Positions 48,194 through 60,350 of a stretch of DNA of 64,000 nucleotides are shown in pieces. Origin of the DNA: an uncultured Actinomycetota bacterium (lineage in GTDB: Bacteria; Actinomycetota; Actinomycetes; JAFAQI01); NCBI GenBank assembly GCA_963770565.1, contig CAVYQE010000006.1, positions 64,001 through 128,000 on the forward strand, written 5' to 3'. Made by a program: the position numbers and the translations under genes. The notes under the pieces were generated by a model. It saw nothing but the letters and a program-made list of their open reading frames with translations. It had not been told where the DNA came from and did no database searches. Numbering within the stretch: the first letter of the stretch is position 1; each line of letters begins with the position of its first letter.

Positions 48194-49087
48194 TCAATCG
48201 CGGAACTCGTTGGCTATCTCGGTGATGAACAGGTCCATGGTGTCGCGCTTTGCGGTCGCGTCGCCAAGAGTGAAGTCGGGGATGATCAGCTCGTCGAGCC
48301 CGGCGTCACGGTAGTCGCCGATCCGGTCGCTGATCTGGACCGGGCTTCCGGCCAGCATCGGCAGCCCCGAGGCGCGCCACCGCGCGATCCCCGGTACGTC
48401 GTCCTCGTCGCCCACACACAGCAGTGCCTGCGCGGAGCGTCGTACCGACGCCGGATCGCGGCGGATCCGCTCACAGGCCTCGTCGAAGACCGCACCTTTC
48501 TCGCGGACCGCTTCGGGGAGCGCCCAGAAGTTCCACTCGTCGGCGTGCCGGGCCGCGACCTCGATCGCGCGTGGCCCCTTCACGCCGACACAGAGCGGTA
48601 CGTCGACCCGCGGCGACACCAAGGCGTCGGACAGCGAGTAGAAGCGACCGGTGAAGTCGACCGAATCGCCGCCGAGCAGCAGCCGAATCACCGTGCAGGC
48701 CTCGTCGAGTCGCGCGACCCGCTCGCCAGCCGACGGGTAGTCGAGCCCGTACGCGGTGTGCTCGTTGACCTGCCAGCCGGCGCCGAGCCCGAGGACGAAC
48801 CGGCCGTTCGAGATGTGCGCGAGCGTGCTGGCCATCTTCGCGACAATGGCGGGGTGCCGGAAGGTGTTGGACGAGACCAGGCTGCCGACCCGGACTCGAG
48901 GCAGGGTCGCGAGCAGCGACGCCATCGTGGTCCAGCACTCGAGGACCGGCTGGTCGAGCGGGGCCGAGCTCGGCATCAGGTGGTCCGACATCCAGACGCC
49001 GTCCCAGCCCGAGTCGTCGGCGTGCCGGCAGGTCGCCAGCAGGTCGGGATACGGCTGCTGGTTGATCGGCCAGATGCTGAACCGCAT
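48194..49087 (-). CDS. LLM-class flavin/F420-dependent oxidoreductase
   Basis: WMSDHL; LECWT; NTFRHPA..AKMA; SNGRFVLGLGAGW..EH.AYG. Confidence 0.87.
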   Translation of the reverse strand: MRFSIWPINQQPYPDLLATCRHADDSGWDGVWMSDHLMPSSAPLDQPVLECWTTMASLLATLPRVRVGSLVSSNTFRHPAIVAKMASTLAHISNGRFVLGLGAGWQVNEHTAYGLDYPSAGERVARLDEACTVIRLLLGGDSVDFTGRFYSLSDALVSPRVDVPLCVGVKGPRAIEVAARHADEWNFWALPEAVREKGAVFDEACERIRRDPASVRRSAQALLCVGDEDDVPGIARWRASGLPMLAGSPVQISDRIGDYRDAGLDELIIPDFTLGDATAKRDTMDLFITEIANEFRD

Positions 49088-49104
49088 GGATCGCTCCCCG
49101 CGAG

Positions 49105-49201
49105 ATTCAGGACACTCTATCCACAGCGCCGGGTCACCGCATCGTCACCGACCGTTCACTACCCGCGACCCTGTCGCATCTACGGAATTGGTATACTCAA
49201 T
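49105..49201. promoter_or_regulatory. Operator sites 5 and 6 (ATTCAGGACACTCTAT 49105-49120; AATTGGTATACTCAAT 49186-49201)
   Basis: One site near each of the two divergent genes; the first is degenerate. Confidence 0.6.
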
Positions 49202-49224
49202 ACCTCGGCCGGAGGAGGATCAAC

Positions 49225-50379
49225 GTGCGCAGTGGCTACCGGGTGATCGACACCGACACCCACGTCGGACCCAACGTCGAAACCCTCCAGAAGTTCGCCG
49301 GGCCGGCGCTGCTCGAGCGCTGGGGCGAGCTGGAGCAGTACTTCTCGCCGGTCACCGACGGCGGCCACATGTTGAGCATCAGCCCGATCCCGTACAAGCG
49401 GCGGCTCGGGCAGCCGGTCAATGCCGAGGTGGCGGTCGCCGGCGGCGCGAACCCGTTGAAGGGCAACGTGTCCGCGGTCCTGCGCGAGCCAGCGGCCACC
49501 GACGTCAACAACACCAACTCGACCGGTCGGCTCGCCGACATGGACCGCGAGGGCGTCGACATCCACCTGCTCATCCCGGCCACCTTCGCGACCGCGGTGT
49601 CGGCGCTCGATCAGACCCTGGCGAAGGAGATCTACGAGGCCTACCACCGGTTCATCGCCGACTACTGCGCCGCGGATCAGGACCGGCTGAAGGCGACCAT
49701 CCTGGTCACCGGCGCCGATCCGGAGTGGTCGGCGGCCGAGATCAAGCGCCTTGCAGGGGAGAAGTTCGTGGCATCGGCCACGGTCGTGCTGCCCGAGGGG
49801 CTGCCCCTCGACGACCCGACCCTGGACCCGATCTGGTCCGCGATGGGCGACGCCGACCTGCCGTTGCTGCACCACTCGTTCTTCTTCGAGCCGCCGTACT
49901 TCCCCGGCTACCGCGACGTATGGGGAAACATCGTCGTCGCGCGCGCGGCCGCCCACCCCTGGGGCGCCGAGCGGCTGGTCGCCTACCTCACCCTGAGCGG
50001 CATGCTCGACCGCTTCCCGCGGCTGCGGATCGGGTTCGCCGAGTGCAGCGCCGGCTGGCTGCCCGGCTGGCTGGTCCGCCTGCAGGGCCAGGCCGAGTAC
50101 ATGCGGCACAACCTGCCCGAAGTGTCGATGAGCCCGGTCGAGTACGCCAAGTCCGGCCGGATCTTCTGCGGGATCGAGCTCTACGAGGGCCTCGACATGG
50201 CGAAGGCAATCCTGCAGGTCTGCGGCGATGGCGTCCTGATGTATCAGTCCGACTACCCGCACCCGGGCGCCCGCTTCCCGGACTCGCCCGAGGTCATCCT
50301 GGCGTGGGAGGAGCTCGGCGAGCCGACGCTGCGCAAGATCCTCGCCGATAACGCCGCCACCTTCCTGCGCCTGCTCTGA
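49225..50379 (+). CDS. Amidohydrolase-family protein, paralogue B
   Basis: VIDTDTHVGP; HHSFFFEPPYFPGY; QSDYPH. Confidence 0.88.
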   Translation: MRSGYRVIDTDTHVGPNVETLQKFAGPALLERWGELEQYFSPVTDGGHMLSISPIPYKRRLGQPVNAEVAVAGGANPLKGNVSAVLREPAATDVNNTNSTGRLADMDREGVDIHLLIPATFATAVSALDQTLAKEIYEAYHRFIADYCAADQDRLKATILVTGADPEWSAAEIKRLAGEKFVASATVVLPEGLPLDDPTLDPIWSAMGDADLPLLHHSFFFEPPYFPGYRDVWGNIVVARAAAHPWGAERLVAYLTLSGMLDRFPRLRIGFAECSAGWLPGWLVRLQGQAEYMRHNLPEVSMSPVEYAKSGRIFCGIELYEGLDMAKAILQVCGDGVLMYQSDYPHPGARFPDSPEVILAWEELGEPTLRKILADNAATFLRLL

Positions 50380-50388
50380 GGCCGGTCA

Positions 50389-51813
50389 GTGCCGACCATC
50401 GGTGTCGTCGCGACATCGGACCAACGTGCCAGCGAGGCCGGCGCGGAGATGCTGCGTAGCGGCGGCAACGCGATCGACGCCGCGGTCACCGCGATGCTCG
50501 CGCTCTACGTCCTCGAGCCGCAGAGCTGCGGTCCGGGCGGTGACGGATTCCTGATCCAGGTCGAGCCGGGTGAGCCGCCGGTCGCGCTCGACGGCGCGGG
50601 GGAGATCCCGCTCGGCCTGACCGCCGCGGCACTCGCCGCCGACGGCTTGTCCGGAGTCCCGCCCCGCGGCGCCCGCACCGCCACCGTGCCGGGTGCGTTG
50701 CCGTTGCTGTCCGACGCGCTTGACCGCTATGGCAGCGTCGGATTCGCCGCCGCGGCCGCACCGGCGATCGCCCTCGCGATGGGGGGATTCGAGGCCGGTC
50801 CGACCCTTGCGGCCGCGGCGGCCCGGGCGGCCGGCGAGATCGCCGGCGATCCGGTCCTCGGTCCGCTCTACGCGCCCGGCGGCCAGCCGGTGCGAGAAGG
50901 CGAGCCGGTGCACAACCCGGCGCTCGCCGACTGCCTGGAGTTGTACGCCGCCGGCGGCCCCGGCCTCCTGCGCGGCGGGGCGCTCGGCGAGGCGATCGCC
51001 GCCCGGGTGCAGGCCGGAGGCGGCTACCTCGACCTCGAGGATCTCCGGCGGCACGAGTCGATCGAGGTGACGCCGCAGTCCGTGGCCTTCCGGGACCGGA
51101 CCGTGTGGGAGTTCGGCCCGCCGACCCAGGGCCCGGCCGTCCTCGGCGCGCTACGCCGGCTCGAGGCGGCCGGCGCGGACTCCAGCGACTGGGTCGCCGT
51201 CATCGAGGCGGTCCGAGCCGGCCTGGTCGAGTCCGGGTTCGACCTTTCGACGATGGTGGTCGGGCAACCGAGCCCGGCCAAGGGGGACACGACGTACGTC
51301 GCGGTGATCGATCGGGATCACCGCGCCGCGTCCTTGATCAGCAGCGTGTTCGGCGACTTCGGCTCGCATTTCGGCATCCCCGAGTTCGGTGGGCCGATCC
51401 TCAACCGGGCCTCGATCCTCCGCCCGTTCAAGCGCGATCCCGAGCCCGGCGCCAAGCCGCCGCACACCACCATCCCGGCGGCGGTCACCCACGACGGGTC
51501 GCTTGCCTATGTGCTTGGCGTGGCTGGCGGCTTCATGCAGCCGCAAGCCCAGGTGCAGGTGCTGATCCATCTGCTGGAGCGCGGGCTTGAGCCGCAGGCG
51601 GCGATCGACCAGCCGCGCTTCAAGATCATGTTCGGCGGCGAGCTGTCGCTCGAGGCCGGCCACCCGCTCTGCCGCGAGCTGCCCGACGCCGCCGCCCGGC
51701 CGCCCGGGCCGGAGGGCTTCGGCGCCGCGCAGGTGGCCGGGGTCGTCGACGGTGAGCTGCTTGCGGGCGCGGATCCGCGCCGGCACGGGGGAGTTGCGAC
51801 CGTCACCACCTGA
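50389..51813 (+). CDS. Gamma-glutamyltransferase-family (Ntn-hydrolase) protein
   Basis: GGNAIDAAV; GPGGDGF; TVPG; GDTT (nucleophile Thr); KPPHTTIPA; GG.MQPQ; GADPR. Confidence 0.87.
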   Translation: MPTIGVVATSDQRASEAGAEMLRSGGNAIDAAVTAMLALYVLEPQSCGPGGDGFLIQVEPGEPPVALDGAGEIPLGLTAAALAADGLSGVPPRGARTATVPGALPLLSDALDRYGSVGFAAAAAPAIALAMGGFEAGPTLAAAAARAAGEIAGDPVLGPLYAPGGQPVREGEPVHNPALADCLELYAAGGPGLLRGGALGEAIAARVQAGGGYLDLEDLRRHESIEVTPQSVAFRDRTVWEFGPPTQGPAVLGALRRLEAAGADSSDWVAVIEAVRAGLVESGFDLSTMVVGQPSPAKGDTTYVAVIDRDHRAASLISSVFGDFGSHFGIPEFGGPILNRASILRPFKRDPEPGAKPPHTTIPAAVTHDGSLAYVLGVAGGFMQPQAQVQVLIHLLERGLEPQAAIDQPRFKIMFGGELSLEAGHPLCRELPDAAARPPGPEGFGAAQVAGVVDGELLAGADPRRHGGVATVTT

Positions 51814-51816
51814 CGG

Positions 51817-53376
51817 TCAGACGATCCGGCTCTCGTGCCCGGCCCAGTACTGCTCGCGCAGCGGGCCCTTGCGCAGCTTGCCGGTCTCGGTGCGCGGAAG
51901 CTCGGCGACGAAGTCGATCGACCGCGGGCACTTGATCGCCGACAGCACCGACCGGCAGTGCTCGTCCAGCTCGGCGACGAGGTCGTCGCTCGCGACCGCG
52001 TCCGGCTCGAGCTGCACGACCGCCTTGACCGCCTCGCCGTACTCCTCGTCCGGTACGCCGATCACGGCGACGTCCGCGACCGACGGATGGGAGAGCAGTG
52101 CGTCCTCGACCTCGCGCGGGTAGATGTTCACCCCGCCGACCACGATCATGTAGGTCCGCCGGTCGGTCAGGTGGAGATAACCCTCGTCGTCGAGGTACCC
52201 GACGTCGTCGAGCGTCGCCCACCCGTCGGATCTGACCCGGGCGGCGGTCGCGGTCGCATCGTTGCGGTAGTGGTAGGGGTCGAGCGGTGCGAAGTAGATC
52301 GTGCCGATCTCACCCGGGCCGAGCCGTACACCGTCGGGGTCGAAGATCGCGATCTCGCTGCGGATCGACTGACCGACTGTTCCGGGACGTTCCAGCCACT
52401 CGGCGGAGGTGACGTAGGTCGCGCCGATGCCTTCGGTGCCGGCGTAGTACTCGTCGATGATCGGGCCGAACCAGTCGATCATCCCTTGCTTCACGTGCGC
52501 AGGGCACGGCGCGGCCGCGTGCACGATCCGCCGCAACGTCGAGACGTCGTACCGACTGCGCACCTCGACCGGCAGCCGCAACAGCCGGAGCATCATCGTC
52601 GGCACGAGCTGCGCATGCGTGACGCCGTAGCGCTCGATCGCCGCCAGCATCTGCTCGGCGTCGAACCGCTCCGGCAGTACGACGCAGCCACCCACCCGCT
52701 GCGCGGACAGGCTCCAGCCCACCGGCGCTGCGTGGTAGAGCGGGCCGGCGCTGAAGAACACCGTGTCGGGCCCGAAGTGGACGCGTTCCATGTATGCCGC
52801 GAGCGGGTTGCTGGACCCGGGCGGCAGCCCGGACAGCGGCCGCTCGATCCCCTTCGGCCGGCCGGTCGTGCCGGAGGAGTAGAGCAGCATCGAGCCCTCG
52901 GTCTCGTCGGCCAAAGGCTCGGACGACGTCGCCGCGAGCGCGGCTTCGTAGTCCTCGACCCCCGGGATCGCGGCGTTCACCGCGAGGACCCGGCGCACGT
53001 CGCCGACCGCAGCCGCCACATCGCGGGCCCGCTCCGTCGCGAGCGCGGTGGCGACCACGACGTCCGCGCCGGAGTCGCGGACAAGGTGGTCGAGCTCGGT
53101 CGCCGTCGACCGCGGGTTGATCGGTGTGCAGTAGCGACCCGACCGCAACGCGCCCCAGCAGATCTCGAGGAACTGCACGTCGTTGGCCATCACCAGCGCG
53201 ACGTGGTCACCGACACCGAGACCCGATTCGTCCAGCAGCCGGGCGAACTGCGTCGACCGCCGGTCGAGGTCGGCGTACGTCACCGTCGTGCCGTCGGCCG
53301 CCATGATGATCGCCGGCGCCGCCCCGCTGTGCCGGGCGATCGCGCCGACATGCCCTGAGTCGAGCGGTTCGGTCAT
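51817..53376 (-). CDS. Acyl-CoA synthetase / AMP-binding protein
   Basis: YSSGTTGRPKG; YYAGTE; DVGYLD; GGVNIYP.EVE; LPRTETGK. Confidence 0.92.
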   Translation of the reverse strand: MTEPLDSGHVGAIARHSGAAPAIIMAADGTTVTYADLDRRSTQFARLLDESGLGVGDHVALVMANDVQFLEICWGALRSGRYCTPINPRSTATELDHLVRDSGADVVVATALATERARDVAAAVGDVRRVLAVNAAIPGVEDYEAALAATSSEPLADETEGSMLLYSSGTTGRPKGIERPLSGLPPGSSNPLAAYMERVHFGPDTVFFSAGPLYHAAPVGWSLSAQRVGGCVVLPERFDAEQMLAAIERYGVTHAQLVPTMMLRLLRLPVEVRSRYDVSTLRRIVHAAAPCPAHVKQGMIDWFGPIIDEYYAGTEGIGATYVTSAEWLERPGTVGQSIRSEIAIFDPDGVRLGPGEIGTIYFAPLDPYHYRNDATATAARVRSDGWATLDDVGYLDDEGYLHLTDRRTYMIVVGGVNIYPREVEDALLSHPSVADVAVIGVPDEEYGEAVKAVVQLEPDAVASDDLVAELDEHCRSVLSAIKCPRSIDFVAELPRTETGKLRKGPLREQYWAGHESRIV

Positions 53377-54610
53377 ACGACCCGAGCGGCGTGCAGCTCG
53401 GCGATCCGTTGCTCGCCGTACCCGAGCTCGGCGAGGATCTCGTCGGTGTGCTCGCCGAGCGAGGGCGCGGGTCGCGCGACCGAGTACGGCTCGTGATCGA
53501 CGATGACCGGTTCACCGACGTAGGTGAACGCTCCGGCGTCCGGGTGGCTGCCTTCGACCAGGATCGTCCGGGCTTGCAGGTGCGGGTCGGTCGCGAGTGC
53601 GCGCGCACCCTGGTGGGCCGGACCGATCGGCAGGTGCGCGTCGGCGGCGAGTTCGACCCACTCGGCCTGGGTGCGGGTGCGGAAGATCTCTTGCAACCGC
53701 TGCCTAAGGTCGAGATCGGCGTGCGAGAAGTCGATCGGCGACTCGTCCGCGCTGCGCTCCTTGAGCTCCGGAGCGCCGACCAGGTCGCAGAACTGCTCCC
53801 AGAACTTCGGCTCGATGCAGCAGAAGAGCACGAACTTCTCGTCCGCGGTCTCGTACCACTGGTACTTCGGCCCGCTGTGCGGCGCCTGACCCGCCTCGCG
53901 CAGGTTTCGCCGGTCGGTGATCCGGTCGTCGTTGAGCCCGTACACCGCGCCCATCCATCCGGAGGCGATGACGGCGTCCGACCCGGCCGCGTCGAGGTAG
54001 GCGCCGGCGCCGGTCCGGTCCCGGCGCACCAGCGCCGCCGCGACGTGCAGCGCGGCATGCACCCCGCCGACCGCGGTCCCGTCGCCGCCGGCCTTGGTGC
54101 CGCCCATCGGCTCGTCCGCCTGGTAGTGGTGCACCAGGCCGTCGGCCTCGGTGCGGACCGGTACGGCGGCAGCGAGCGAGTTCATCATCTGCCCGTGCGT
54201 GGGAATCGTGGAGTACGGGCCGGTGGCACCGAAGCCGGAGAAGTGGCAGTAGATGATGTCGGGCTTCACCGACCGCTGGACGTCGTACCCGATCCCCAGC
54301 CGGTCGCATGCGCCGGCGACGAAGCCGTCGATGAACACGTCCGCCGTCTGCAGCAGGTCGAAGAACACTTCCTGGCCGTCCGGCTCGCGAAGGTCCACGG
54401 TCAGGCTGCGCTTGTTCTTGTTGACCTGCAGGTGTGCCGGGCTGTTGTGCGGGCTGACCTGCCCGAGCATGTCGCGGAGGTAGTCGCCGCGGCCCGGCGC
54501 CTCGACCTTGATCACGTCGGCGCCGAGGTCGCCGAGCAGCATGCCCAGGTTGTCGCCGTTGAGCAGCATCGCGGCCTCGAGGACCCGTACGCCGGAGAGA
54601 AGCTGGCTCA

Positions 54611-54611
<1 letters not shown>
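53373..54611 (-). CDS. CaiB/BaiF class III CoA transferase
   Basis: LSGVRVLE; LGDLGADVIKVE; NKNKRSLTVDL; SGFGATGP; APSLGEHT. Confidence 0.92.
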
Positions 54612-56083
<1,472 letters not shown>

Positions 56084-56111
56084 CTCGCCCCTCCGCGTCG
56101 GTCGCGCTCGG

Positions 56112-56828
56112 TCACAGCAGCATCATTCCGCCGTCGACGTGCAACGTGATCCCGGTGACGTATCCGTTGCCCATCAAGAAGACCGCCGCGTCGGCGATCT
56201 CCTCCGGCGTACCGAGTCGGCCGAGCGGGACCCGGGCGTTGATCGCCGCGGTCGCGGCTTCGCGATCCGCCCCCATCGTGCGGTCGAGCATGGGGGTGCG
56301 GATCGGGCCGGGGCAGATCGTGTTCACCCGGATCGGGGCGAGCTCCACCGCCATCGCCCGGCCGAACGACTCCAGACCGGCGGTCGCGGCCGCGCCGATC
56401 GAGCGGTCCCGGCGCGGCCGGTGCGCCGACAATCCGGAGCAGAAGGTCACCGAGCCGGTCGACGGCATCTTCGGCGTGGCGTACTTGCAGACCAGCAGCG
56501 CGCCCCAGACCCGAGCCTCCATCGCCCGCCGGAACAGCGCGAGCTCAGCGTCCGGCAGCGGCGACACCGGCTGCTCGCCGGCGAAGACCACGACGTGGTC
56601 GACCTCGTAGAGCGCGTCGAATGCGGCCGCGACCTGGTCCTCGTCAGCGGCGTCGGCCGCGATCGCGCGAACTTCTGAGCCGAGGCTTGCACGGGCTTGC
56701 TCGAGCCGGTCCCGATCACGCGCGACGATCGTGACGCTGGCGCCCTCGTCGACCGCGCGCCGGGCCGTGGCCAGCCCCATGCCGGAACTCGCGCCGACGA
56801 CGACGACTTGCGCACCTGCTAGAGACAT
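56112..56828 (-). CDS. SDR-family oxidoreductase (atypical, no YxxxK seen)
   Basis: GASSGMG; RVNTICPG; YVTG..L.VDGG. Confidence 0.85.
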   Translation of the reverse strand: MSLAGAQVVVVGASSGMGLATARRAVDEGASVTIVARDRDRLEQARASLGSEVRAIAADAADEDQVAAAFDALYEVDHVVVFAGEQPVSPLPDAELALFRRAMEARVWGALLVCKYATPKMPSTGSVTFCSGLSAHRPRRDRSIGAAATAGLESFGRAMAVELAPIRVNTICPGPIRTPMLDRTMGADREAATAAINARVPLGRLGTPEEIADAAVFLMGNGYVTGITLHVDGGMMLL

Positions 56829-56898
56829 GTCCCACGACCCTCCCGTTGCGCGGTCATGATCGTCAAGAAGGACCGGGGCGTCGGCGGCTCATCGCGAT

Positions 56899-56914
56899 AC
56901 AGAGTATACTCTAA
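56899..56914. promoter_or_regulatory. Operator site 7 (ACAGAGTATACTCTAA)
   Basis: Perfect 12-bp palindrome AGAGTATACTCT between divergent genes. Confidence 0.7.
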
Positions 56915-56950
56915 TTTCACGGCACCGCATGACGCGAACGGGGACGGCAC

Positions 56951-58102
56951 ATGAGGGACGGCTACCGCATCATCGACACCGACACACATGTCGGGCCTAC
57001 TGCGGATGTGTTGTACGAGTACGGATCTGACCAGTTGCGCGCGCGCCGGGAGGAGCTGGCGCAGTACGAGGTGCAGACTCGCGACGGCACCGGGCTGTCG
57101 ATCCGGCCCTTCCCGTACAAGCGCCAGATGGGCGACAAGCCCGGCGACGACGGCACCGGAAGCGCGGGCGGCACCCCGGCCCTGAAGGGCAAGACCGCGA
57201 GCAAGGTGCGCGAGCCGGTGCAGCCCGAGGTGTCGGTGAAGAACTCGGCCGGGCGGCTGGTCGACATGGACCGCGAGGGTCGCGACATCGACCTGATCAT
57301 CCCCGGCACCTTTGCCACTGCGGTGTCGGCGATCGAGCCGTCGCTGGCACTCGAGCTGCACTCCGCTTATCACCGCTACATGGCCGACTACTGCTCCGCC
57401 GACCAGGACCGGTTGAAGGCGACCATCCTGGCGCCGGCCTGGGACCCCGAGTGGGCCGCAGCGGAGATCCGGAGGTGGGCGCCGGAGAAGTGGGTCACCG
57501 CGGTGACGGTGGTCCTGCCGGAGGGCACTCCGATCGACGACCCCGACCTGCACCCGATCTGGCGGGCGATGGACGACAACGACCTGCCGATCCTGCATCA
57601 CTCGTTCTTCTACGAGCCGCCGTTCTTCCCCGGCTACCGGGACATCTGGGGCCATGTCGCAATGGCGCGCGCGGCGGCACATCCGTGGGGCGCGCAGCGG
57701 TTGCTCGGCTACCTGCTGTTGTCCGGGCTGCTCGATCAGTACCAGACGCTGCGGATCGGCTTCGCCGAGTGCAGCGCGGGCTGGCTGCCCAGCTGGTTGA
57801 GCCGGCTCGACGGCCAGGCCGACTACCTCAGCCCGTCCCTGCCGACCCGCAAGCAGACCGCGATGGAGTACGCCCAGTCCGGCCGGGTCTTCTGCGGCAT
57901 CGACCTGTACGAAGGCGAGACGATCGGCAAGGCGGTCATGTCGGTCGTCGGCGACGGCGTCCTGATGTATCAGTCCGACTACCCGCACGACCAGTGCTAC
58001 TTCCCGGAGTCGCCGGACGTCGTCCTCAACTGGTCGATCGATGAGGGCAGCAAGCGCAAGCTGATGGCCGGCAACGCCGAGAAGTTCATGCGGCTGCTGT
58101 GA
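56951..58102 (+). CDS. Amidohydrolase-family protein, paralogue C
   Basis: IIDTDTHVGP; HHSFFYEPPFFPGY; QSDYPH. Confidence 0.88.
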   Translation: MRDGYRIIDTDTHVGPTADVLYEYGSDQLRARREELAQYEVQTRDGTGLSIRPFPYKRQMGDKPGDDGTGSAGGTPALKGKTASKVREPVQPEVSVKNSAGRLVDMDREGRDIDLIIPGTFATAVSAIEPSLALELHSAYHRYMADYCSADQDRLKATILAPAWDPEWAAAEIRRWAPEKWVTAVTVVLPEGTPIDDPDLHPIWRAMDDNDLPILHHSFFYEPPFFPGYRDIWGHVAMARAAAHPWGAQRLLGYLLLSGLLDQYQTLRIGFAECSAGWLPSWLSRLDGQADYLSPSLPTRKQTAMEYAQSGRVFCGIDLYEGETIGKAVMSVVGDGVLMYQSDYPHDQCYFPESPDVVLNWSIDEGSKRKLMAGNAEKFMRLL

Positions 58103-58106
58103 CGAT

Positions 58107-58658
58107 GTGAGCCGACTCCCTCTGGTCGCCGAAGGCGACCTCGACGAATCACTCCTGCCGCTGCTCGACCGGTTCCAGAAAGCCGGCCTCGACGTGCCGG
58201 TGCTCTACCGCACGCTGGCCAACGCGCCGAAGATGCTGCACGGCTGGATCGGTTTCGCCTGGTCGCTGCGCAACGACGCGCAGACCGACCGGGGGCTGCG
58301 CGAGCTGGCGATCATGCGGGTCGCGCAGCTCACCGGTGCGTCGTACGAGTGGCAGGCGCACTGGCCGATGGCCGAGCACTTCGGCATGTCGCGCGAGCAG
58401 CTGGCCGAGCTCAAGGAGTGGAGCTCGAGCGAGGCGTTCAGCGACGAGCAGCGGCTCATCCTGGCGCTCACCGACGACCTGACCATGCGGCTCGACGTCT
58501 CCGACGAAACGTGGGCGGCGTTGATGGCGGCGTACAGCCCGGCCGACGTGGTCGAGCTCGTCCTCACGGTCGCGTTCTACTCCTGCGTGTCCCGGGTGCT
58601 CGGCGCCTTCCAGCTGCGGCCCGACGGTGACTCGGAAAGCATCGCCGAACTGATGTAG
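58107..58658 (+). CDS. Carboxymuconolactone decarboxylase (AhpD-like) family protein
   Basis: LRELAIMRVA..YEWQAH..; ELVLTVAFY. Confidence 0.83.
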   Translation: MSRLPLVAEGDLDESLLPLLDRFQKAGLDVPVLYRTLANAPKMLHGWIGFAWSLRNDAQTDRGLRELAIMRVAQLTGASYEWQAHWPMAEHFGMSREQLAELKEWSSSEAFSDEQRLILALTDDLTMRLDVSDETWAALMAAYSPADVVELVLTVAFYSCVSRVLGAFQLRPDGDSESIAELM

Positions 58659-58662
58659 GCCC

Positions 58663-60300
58663 TCAGCGGGTTGACGTGCGCTGCGAACGGATCTGGATCG
58701 GCGTCAGCGCGGCCAGGTCGATGTCGAGCAAGTACGGCTTGCCGGAGCCGAGCGCCTCGGTAAAGGCCTTCTCGAATTCCTCGACTCCATGGACCGGCGT
58801 CGCGGCGAGGCCGACCGAAGCCGCCAGCGCGCAAAAGTCGGGCGTCGCCAGGTCGACGCCGGTGTGCCGGCCTTCGAAGCCGACGGTCTGGATGTAGCGC
58901 AGGATGCCGTAGCCGCCGTCGTTGAAGACGCACAGCACGACCGGCACCTGTTGCTGCACCAACGTGGCGAGCTCGCCGATGCTGAGCATCAGGCCGCCGT
59001 CGCCTTGGATCACAACGGTCGGCTTGCCGGTCCCGACCGCCGCGCCCAAGGCCATCGGCAGCCCGGGTCCGATCGCCATCGAGGTCGCCCGCATCGACGT
59101 ACGCGGCTCGTAGACCGGGAGCGTGCGGTTGGCCCAGATGGTGGCCGCAATCGTGGTGTCCTTGACGACGATCGCGTCTCGCGGCAGCGCGTCGCGGATG
59201 ATGCTGCTGATCCGGGTGAAGTCGGGCCCGATCGCGTCGTGTGTTTCGGCATCGGCGGCCACGCGCGCCGCCTTGGCCTCCTCGACATAGGCGGGGTCGG
59301 CGCCGCCCGAGTCGACCTGCTCGAGCAGGGCCTGCAAACCGGCGCGTGCGTCGCCGACCATCGCGACCCGCGGCTGGTAGGTGAGACCGATGACGCTCGG
59401 GTCGACGTCGAGGTGGATCAGCGCGCCGGGGATGGTCAGCGCGCGGGCCACCGGGGTGGCCATCTGGAAGCGGGTGCCGACCGCCAGTACGACGTCGGCC
59501 GCGGCGATGATCGGGTCGAGGACGCTCATGTCCGCGTTCGGGCCGAGTGCCAGCGGATGATCCTCCGGGATCGCGCCCCGGCCCTCGATCGAGGTGAGGA
59601 CCGGCGCGCTCAACCGCTCGGCGAGCTGCCGGAGCTCGCCGGTCGCACCGGCCGCGGCAACCCCGCCGCCGGCCCAGATCAGCGGCGACCGGGCGCCCCG
59701 GAGGAGAGCCGCCGCTTCGGTCACCGACGTCGGCTCGGGCCGGGTGACGGCCGGTGGCTCGAACGCGAACGGCGGGTCGTCGTACCGCTTGGACTGCAGG
59801 TCGATCGGGATCTCGACCGCGCCCGGCATCGTCCGCCCGCGCCGCATCTCCGTCACGACCCGGGCGAAGGCGTCGACCAGGTCCTCGCGGCGCTCGACCG
59901 TCGCCGCCGCGCGCACGATCGTGCCGAGCATCTCGGCCTGCCGGTCGGCGTTGTGGATGTAGCCACGGCCCTTGCCGAGGTACGCCGTCTCGACCTGCCC
60001 GGTGATCATCAGGACCGGCGAGGAGGCGTAGGCCGCCTCGAACAACCCGCCCATCCCGTTGGCCGCACCCGGCCCGGTGCTGGTGATGACCACGCCGAGC
60101 GAGCCGGTCGCGCGGGCGTAGCCGTCAGCCGCGTGCACGCCGCCCTGCTCGTGCCGGACCGGCACCAGCTCGACCCGACCGTGGCGGGCGAGGGCGTCGA
60201 AGATCGGCAGGTTGTGGACGCTGACGATGCCGAACACATGGCGCACGCCGAGGGCCGCGAGGAGGTCGACGATCGCCTCGCCACCGGTGCGTTCGGTCAC
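58663..60300 (-). CDS. Thiamine-pyrophosphate-dependent enzyme (acetolactate-synthase-like)
   Basis: RHEQG..HAADGYAR; TGPG; GDGG..FND..YG. Confidence 0.9.
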   Translation of the reverse strand: MTERTGGEAIVDLLAALGVRHVFGIVSVHNLPIFDALARHGRVELVPVRHEQGGVHAADGYARATGSLGVVITSTGPGAANGMGGLFEAAYASSPVLMITGQVETAYLGKGRGYIHNADRQAEMLGTIVRAAATVERREDLVDAFARVVTEMRRGRTMPGAVEIPIDLQSKRYDDPPFAFEPPAVTRPEPTSVTEAAALLRGARSPLIWAGGGVAAAGATGELRQLAERLSAPVLTSIEGRGAIPEDHPLALGPNADMSVLDPIIAAADVVLAVGTRFQMATPVARALTIPGALIHLDVDPSVIGLTYQPRVAMVGDARAGLQALLEQVDSGGADPAYVEEAKAARVAADAETHDAIGPDFTRISSIIRDALPRDAIVVKDTTIAATIWANRTLPVYEPRTSMRATSMAIGPGLPMALGAAVGTGKPTVVIQGDGGLMLSIGELATLVQQQVPVVLCVFNDGGYGILRYIQTVGFEGRHTGVDLATPDFCALAASVGLAATPVHGVEEFEKAFTEALGSGKPYLLDIDLAALTPIQIRSQRTSTR

Positions 60301-60323
60301 CGCTCGCTCCCATCCTCCGCGAA

Positions 60324-60339
60324 GATCAGTATCCTATAT
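60324..60339. promoter_or_regulatory. Operator site 8 (GATCAGTATCCTATAT)
   Basis: In the 50-bp gap upstream of the TPP-enzyme gene. Confidence 0.5.
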
Positions 60340-60350
60340 TCCGGGCCGTC